From Armatimonadota bacterium (GTDB lineage Bacteria > Armatimonadota > Armatimonadia > Armatimonadales > Armatimonadaceae), in NCBI GenBank assembly GCA_043754515.1, contig JAYUUO010000186.1:1-32287 (forward strand): a DNA stretch of 32,287 bases, in the 5' to 3' direction. The stretch's first letter is position 1. Each line of letters begins with the position of its first letter. Positions 26,636 through 32,287 of the stretch are shown one piece after another. A program made the position numbers and the translations under genes. The notes beneath the pieces are model-generated. The model ran no database searches. It was given only the letters and a program-made list of their open reading frames with translations, and was not told the origin of the DNA.

Positions 26636-26985
26636 ACGCCGGGGGCAGGGTCGCGTCGTAAACGATTCACCGCCCTCCGTGACGGCCGCCCCATCCGCCC
26701 CTGCCCCCCTCGGAGGAGCCACTCCGGGGGGCACGCCCCTCGCTCCGTCCGCCGCCCACCGGAACGGCTCACCGTCCGCACCCGCCGGAACGCCGCCCCG
26801 CGGGTGGGAACGATTCACCGACCGCCGGAGGGACGGAGGAGGCCCGGCGCCGAAATCGTCCAGCCGCGTGACGGCTACGCGATGACACGGGGTGGCCATG
26901 GAAGGGCGCGAAAGGTAACTAATTTGGCGTGTCGCTTCGCGGACCCCGCCTGTGTCGGCAGGCGGTTTCGTGTTACCATAGCCCC

Positions 26986-27762
26986 GTGATTGATACACAC
27001 GTTCACTTCAACGGCAAAGACCTCGGCGATCCCGCGATCCTGCCCAGCGTGCTCGAACGCGCTAAGTTCGCCGGGGTCCACGGCTTCGTCGTCGTCGGCT
27101 ACGATCTAGCGTCCTCGGAGCGGGCGGTGACGCTCGCCGCAAGCGATCCCCGGATGTGGGCCACGGTGGGGGTGCATCCGCACGACGCCGCGCATTATTT
27201 GCCGGGAACGGAGAGCCGCCTGCGTGAGCTCGCCGCCCACGAGCGGACCGTGGCTGTCGGCGAGATCGGGCTGGACTTCTACCGCGACCTGTCGCCGCGC
27301 GACGATCAGGAGCGTGTATTCCGGGCGCAGATCGCGGTGGCGCGGGCGGCAAATCTGCCCATCGTGATCCACTGCCGGGACGCGTACCCGGAGACGCTGG
27401 CGGTTCTCGAAGCGGAGGCGGGCGGGATCGGGGTCATCCTGCACTGCTTCGCCGGGGACATGGGCGACGCCGAACGCGCACTGTCGCGCGGCTGGTTTTT
27501 GGGCGTCGGCGGCACGGTCACGTACAAGAAGAATGACGCGCTCCGCGATATTGTTCGCGCCGCCCCGCGTGCGTCGCTCCTGCTGGAGACGGACGCGCCG
27601 TATCTGTCTCCCGAGCCCCTACGCGGGAAGTTCCCCAACGAACCGGCGCGGGTCGCGCTCGTCGCGCAACGAATCGCGGCGGTTCGCGGCGAATCGGGCG
27701 AGACGGTCGTCTCGTATACCACCGACAACGCGGCTCGGGCGTTCCCGCGCATGATATTATAG
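26986..27762 (+). CDS. tatD: TatD-family metal-dependent nuclease
   Basis: IDTHVH, TVGVHPHDA, VAVGEIGLDFY, LPIVIHCRDA, ILHCF, LLLETDAPYLSP, NEP. Start reassigned to GTG 26986. Confidence 0.95.
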   Translation: MIDTHVHFNGKDLGDPAILPSVLERAKFAGVHGFVVVGYDLASSERAVTLAASDPRMWATVGVHPHDAAHYLPGTESRLRELAAHERTVAVGEIGLDFYRDLSPRDDQERVFRAQIAVARAANLPIVIHCRDAYPETLAVLEAEAGGIGVILHCFAGDMGDAERALSRGWFLGVGGTVTYKKNDALRDIVRAAPRASLLLETDAPYLSPEPLRGKFPNEPARVALVAQRIAAVRGESGETVVSYTTDNAARAFPRMIL

Positions 27763-27793
27763 GCGCGTCGCTATGTAAGGACGCTTTTCTACT

Positions 27794-28798
27794 ATGTCCG
27801 AAGACTCGCCTGTTGATGCCCCAGACCGCTCTCTGGAGCCGTCCGTCTTCCCGCCTGCCGAGCCGATCGCTCCCGAATCGGGCAAAGAAATCTTTCCCTT
27901 GTCACTGCTCGCCGCCTGTATCGTCGTGCCTCTATCCGCATTGGTGGCCGGGTTCGCCTGGCATGCCGTCAGTTTCCGCACCTCCGACCTGCTCCTCATC
28001 TCCGCCCTGATAGTTGGGGTTGTGGCGGGCATCGTTGTGGGCATTCTGCTATCACAGACTCGACCTCCTCATCTGTCACCGACCCAACCACCTCATGTCG
28101 CCGTGCTGATGATAAGCGGTTGCATCGCCGCGCTTTTCGCCATGCCGGTTCGTTTCGCGTTCGATGCGAACTCCCACCGGCTGAGCATGATCGTGGAGCT
28201 GAGGCAGTCGATCGCGGATAGCCATCCGTCACGCTCTAAGAAAAGGGTTTACGCACAGGCCGAGGTGGCACTAACGCCGTGGAGGACGTTCACTGTCTAC
28301 ATGGAACACCTTTCCGAGAACGGCGTCAGCATCGGTTCAAGTCGCGGGCGAGGGGGCGTCGGGTATCGGTCCGAACGGCTTCGACTGCGCGGCGGATGGC
28401 TTGGGGGGATGTACGTTGTGGAGGCGGCCGCGATGGCCTGCGCCGGAGGGTTCGGCGCACTCATCGGCACCCAAGTGAGTCCGAAGAAGTGCGCCGTCTG
28501 CGGTCGGTCGCTCACGGAGTATCTGCTCTTCCGGCGACACAGCAGTCAATCTGGGACGGTTCATGCCCTCGCGGAAGGACAACACTGGGTGGAGTTGTCG
28601 CTTACAAAGCGGGAGGCGGGCATCGGCGATAAGAACGCCACCGAGGTGACGATCCTGCGTTGCGCGAACGCGACCTGTCCCGCGACGGTGTTCGTTGACA
28701 CGCAAGTGGACACCGCGATTAAAACGCGCCTGTTCCAGGCGCGAATCTCGCCTGAGTCGGGGGACGCGGCGCGTGTGGCCTCGCTCGCGGAACTTTAG
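27794..28798 (+). CDS. Hypothetical membrane protein (~4 TM) with C-terminal Cys-containing domain
   Basis: Three N-terminal hydrophobic helices, a fourth before KKCAVCG, and a later CANATC. Confidence 0.75.
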   Translation: MSEDSPVDAPDRSLEPSVFPPAEPIAPESGKEIFPLSLLAACIVVPLSALVAGFAWHAVSFRTSDLLLISALIVGVVAGIVVGILLSQTRPPHLSPTQPPHVAVLMISGCIAALFAMPVRFAFDANSHRLSMIVELRQSIADSHPSRSKKRVYAQAEVALTPWRTFTVYMEHLSENGVSIGSSRGRGGVGYRSERLRLRGGWLGGMYVVEAAAMACAGGFGALIGTQVSPKKCAVCGRSLTEYLLFRRHSSQSGTVHALAEGQHWVELSLTKREAGIGDKNATEVTILRCANATCPATVFVDTQVDTAIKTRLFQARISPESGDAARVASLAEL

Positions 28799-29119
28799 TT
28801 GTCGCGTAGGCTCCGTGGTGCTATCCCACTCTCAAAGCGACTCGTCCATGATGCAATCGCCTTACCCCACCCCGGCGAGTTCGTTCATCATATCGAGCGT
28901 GATTTTCGCGCTTTTGGCCCAGGAATAGTTGTCGAGGCGTCGCGTGCTCCGCGCCACCAGCGAGAGTTTAGTAGGGAATCAGGTTCCCTGGAGAGAGGGA
29001 GACCGACAACAAACCAGCCCCATCCCCAACCACGAGCGCACCGGAAATATTCGCTCACCAAAAACATTCGTTCACTGCATCGCTAACCGCCCCGCCCGGC
29101 GCGATATAATGAACCCGTT

Positions 29120-31759
29120 ATGCCCTCCCCCGTGGTTCCCATCGAAAAGCTGACGCCGATGCTCCGGCAGTACGTCGAACTCAAAGCCGAGCGACCGGAT
29201 GTCCTCCTGCTCATGCGCGTCGGCGACTTCTACGAGGCGTACGGCGAGGACGCCGAACTGATCGCGGGCGTGCTTAATATCACGCTCACTGGGCGCGAGG
29301 TGGCGGGACTCGCCGAGCGGTACCCGATGGCGGGCGTTCCGTACCACGCGCTCGACCGCTACCTGGCGCGGCTAGTGAAGCGGGGCCACAAGGTCGCGGT
29401 CTGCGATCAGGTCGAGGACGCCAAGTTCGCCAAGGGTCTGGTCAAGCGGCGCGTGACCCGCGTCGTCACGCCGGGGACACTGGTGGAGGACTCGCTTCTG
29501 GATGCCAAGTCGAACAACTACTGCGTCGCGGCGGTGTGGGGCGAGACCGTTTCCGGCGTGTCGGTCGCCGACGTTTCCACGGGCGAGTTTCTGGTCACCG
29601 AAATCGCGGTCGGCGCGGGAATGGACAAACTCGTCGAGGAGGTGGCGCGGCTCTGCCCCTCCGAGTGCCTCGTGCCGGAGGGGATGGATGAACTGGCACT
29701 GGCGATCGGCGGGGCGTGCCCCGCGACGATCACGCGAATGGCGAAGCGCGAACTGCCACGCGACTCGCGGCTCGCCCTGCTGGAGCATTTCGGCACCACG
29801 ACCCTGCGCGGATTCGGGTGCGACGACTATTCGGCGGGCTTAGAGGCGGCGTCCGCGCTGCTCGTTTACCTGAAGCAGACGCACCTCGGCGCGGTCGGGC
29901 ACATCCGGACGATGGCGACGTACTCGACCGGCGATGCTATGGTGCTGGACGCGGCGGCGCGGCGCAACCTGGAACTGACGGCGGGCCTCGCGGATGGCGC
30001 GAAGAATAAGTCGCTCCTCACTGTGCTGGACGCGACGCAGACCTCGATGGGCGGCCGGCTCCTGAAGAAGTGGCTGGACGCGCCGCTGCTGTCCGTGGAG
30101 CGGATTTCGCACCGGCTTGACATGGTAGAAGCGTTCGCGACCGACCCGCTCGTGAGCGGCGATGTCCGGGACGCCTTGCGCGGGATCGCCGACCTGGAAC
30201 GGCTTATCGCCCGCCTTTGCACCGGCACCGCGAACGCCCGCGATTTAGACGCGCTCCGTTGCTCGCTGGAAAAGGTGCCGCAAATCGCCGCGTACGCGTC
30301 CGTGATCGAAACGCCCGCGATCCGCGCCCTGTGCGCCGAACTGGACGGTCTGCCGGAACTATCCGAACTGCTCGCTAGTGCCGTGATCACCGACCCGCCG
30401 GTTTCACTCCGCGAGGGCGGTATTATCCGCGACGGCTACGACGCCGAACTGGACGAGCTGCAAGCCATCAAGCGCGGCGGCAAGGGATGGATCGCGGAGC
30501 TAGAGGCGGCGGAGCGGGAGGCGACCGGCATCAAGTCGCTGAAGATCGGGTTTACGTCGGTTTTCGGCTACTTCATTGAGGTCACGAAGTCGAATCTGTC
30601 GCACGTCCCGGCGTCCTACATCCGCAAGCAGACGACGTCGCTGGGCGAACGCTACATCACGCCCGACCTGAAGGAGATGGAGGCGAAGGTGCTCGGCGCG
30701 GAGGAGAAGATCGTCGGGCGCGAGTACGACCTGTTCTGCGCGCTCCGGGACACGATTGCGGAGCAGTACGCACCGTCGGTTCTGAAGGTGGCGGGCGCGG
30801 TCGCGCGGCTCGACGTGGTCGCCGCGCTCGGCGAGGTCGCGCGTTCCAACCGTTATGTACGCCCGCTGATTGACGACGGCAACGTGATCGAGATTCGGGG
30901 CGGGCGGCACCCAGTGGTGGAAAAACTGACCGGTGGGAGCGCGGTGTTCATCCCGAACGATACCCTGCTTGACGACGGCGCGCATCAGGTGCATATCATC
31001 ACGGGGCCGAACTCGGCGGGCAAGTCCACTGTGTTAAGGCAGGTCGCGCTGATCACGCTCCTCGCACAGGTCGGCGCGTTCGTGCCCGCCGACTACGCGC
31101 GCATCGGGATTACGGACCGCATTTTCACCCGCATCGGGGCGCACGACGATCTGGCGGCGGGCCAGTCTACGTTCATGGTCGAGATGACGGAAACGGCGGA
31201 GATTCTGAACAACGCGACCGAGCGGAGCCTGGTGATTCTGGACGAGATCGGGCGCGGGACGTCCACGTACGACGGCGTTTCTATCGCGTGGGCGGTGGCG
31301 GAGTATCTGTCGAAACTCGGCGCGAAAACACTGTTCGCGACGCACTACCACCTTCTGAACGATCTGGAGAAGCAGCATGCGAACGTCCAGAACTTCCGCG
31401 TCGCGGTGAAAGAGACGAACGACCGGATCGTATTCCTGCGCAAGATAGTCGCGGGCGGGACAGACCGCTCGTACGGCGTGCAGGTGGCGCGGATGGCGGG
31501 CCTGCCGCCGGAGGTGGTCGCCCGCGCGACGGAGATTTTGCTGGGTCTTGAGAAGGACGGCAAGCAGAAGCGCGACATGACGCCGGGGAACGGCGAGAAC
31601 AGGGTTCCGGTCAAGGCGTCGAAGATGCAGATGACACTGTTCGAGGCCGAGCCGCACCCGGTGCTGGAGGCGATCAAGAGGGTTGATCTGTCGGTGCTGT
31701 CGCCGATAGAGGCACTGAACCTGCTGTATCAGTTGCAAAGGGACGCGGGCGCGAAGTAG
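29120..31759 (+). CDS. mutS: DNA mismatch repair protein MutS
   Basis: LTPMLRQY, RVGDFYE, PMAGVPYHA, GRHPVVE, ITGPNSAGKSTVLRQ, GQSTFMVEM, LDEIGRGTSTYDG, FATHYH, SYGVQVA. Confidence 0.98.
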   Translation: MPSPVVPIEKLTPMLRQYVELKAERPDVLLLMRVGDFYEAYGEDAELIAGVLNITLTGREVAGLAERYPMAGVPYHALDRYLARLVKRGHKVAVCDQVEDAKFAKGLVKRRVTRVVTPGTLVEDSLLDAKSNNYCVAAVWGETVSGVSVADVSTGEFLVTEIAVGAGMDKLVEEVARLCPSECLVPEGMDELALAIGGACPATITRMAKRELPRDSRLALLEHFGTTTLRGFGCDDYSAGLEAASALLVYLKQTHLGAVGHIRTMATYSTGDAMVLDAAARRNLELTAGLADGAKNKSLLTVLDATQTSMGGRLLKKWLDAPLLSVERISHRLDMVEAFATDPLVSGDVRDALRGIADLERLIARLCTGTANARDLDALRCSLEKVPQIAAYASVIETPAIRALCAELDGLPELSELLASAVITDPPVSLREGGIIRDGYDAELDELQAIKRGGKGWIAELEAAEREATGIKSLKIGFTSVFGYFIEVTKSNLSHVPASYIRKQTTSLGERYITPDLKEMEAKVLGAEEKIVGREYDLFCALRDTIAEQYAPSVLKVAGAVARLDVVAALGEVARSNRYVRPLIDDGNVIEIRGGRHPVVEKLTGGSAVFIPNDTLLDDGAHQVHIITGPNSAGKSTVLRQVALITLLAQVGAFVPADYARIGITDRIFTRIGAHDDLAAGQSTFMVEMTETAEILNNATERSLVILDEIGRGTSTYDGVSIAWAVAEYLSKLGAKTLFATHYHLLNDLEKQHANVQNFRVAVKETNDRIVFLRKIVAGGTDRSYGVQVARMAGLPPEVVARATEILLGLEKDGKQKRDMTPGNGENRVPVKASKMQMTLFEAEPHPVLEAIKRVDLSVLSPIEALNLLYQLQRDAGAK

Positions 31760-31768
31760 GAACCTGTT

Positions 31769-32155
31769 GTGAAAACAAACACGGGTAGCCTGTGGCTTTG
31801 GCTGTGGACGATTACGCCGATGTTGCTGGTTGTGTACGCGGTATATGATGCGGATTCCTGGTCGCGGCAACCGGGTACGGCGGCGTATTCGCCGAACATG
31901 ACGACGTGCGTCCTTGCCGCGTTAACTCTCGTTAGTCCCTTCGTGCGAAACTCAAGTGGTGAAAAGCGAGCGCAACGTCATGGACGCCGCCGCATTGAAG
32001 CGGAATCAGTACGACTTTCATGTCGGGTGGGTGGTTCTGGTTCTGTTGGTGGGCACAACCGCCTGGGTATCACTCGCTTGTTGGATGGTGGCGGGTTTTC
32101 GCGGCGTCAATTAGACAACGGGCGATGTCGGCAACGAATTGAGGATCATATATAG
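31769..32155 (+). CDS. Small hypothetical membrane protein, possibly frameshifted
   Basis: Two hydrophobic segments in the first 60 aa. The tail looks non-coding, while another frame (31959-32114) encodes a clear TM helix. Confidence 0.4.
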   Translation: MKTNTGSLWLWLWTITPMLLVVYAVYDADSWSRQPGTAAYSPNMTTCVLAALTLVSPFVRNSSGEKRAQRHGRRRIEAESVRLSCRVGGSGSVGGHNRLGITRLLDGGGFSRRQLDNGRCRQRIEDHI

Positions 32156-32287
32156 CAAATCCAACTAAAGTTGTTCCTCGCGTGAGCATCCACAATGTTC
32201 GTAAAACGCTCGCATTTGCTCGGCTGTCACTCCCGTCAAGGCTTGCTCAATTCCCGGACGCAACGTCGCGTAGTACCGATACTCTTC

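Noticed and set aside
28799..29119. ORFs between the membrane protein gene and mutS
   Set aside because: They have no RBS or motifs and the frames are interrupted, so no gene or element can be supported.

Overview
A GC-rich bacterial chromosomal window. The PEP-CTERM protein, DUF1559/H-X9-DG prepilin-type proteins, GntR-LacI fusion regulator and futalosine pathway suggest Armatimonadota or a related diderm; this is an inference. Gene order: PEP-CTERM protein, hypothetical, AAA+ ATPase, then a carbohydrate-utilisation-like locus (GntR/LacI regulator, two prepilin-type proteins, a small lipoprotein, a 1285-aa clan GH-A glycoside hydrolase). Next come mqnB-mqnD coupled to an internally duplicated, membrane-anchored PspA-like gene, a pseudokinase-TM-FecR fusion and a DUF3370-like protein. 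These are followed by an unannotated 18-aa Lys-rich micro-ORF with its own promoter, SD and terminator, and a PQQ-propeller remnant. A TPR protein, a 56-aa secreted peptide and an ECF sigma factor form one cassette behind an ECF-type promoter. The window ends with an MFS transporter, a hybrid histidine kinase, tatD and mutS. Intergenic DNA holds a MITE with perfect TIRs and a TSD, a REP-like repeat family and another long inverted repeat. The best candidate for an undescribed system is the TPR/propeptide/ECF cassette (about 19267-21187), which resembles an RRNPP-style peptide communication module with a sigma factor as output. No rRNA, tRNA or CRISPR array was seen. All family calls come from motif recognition by eye, not from database searches.
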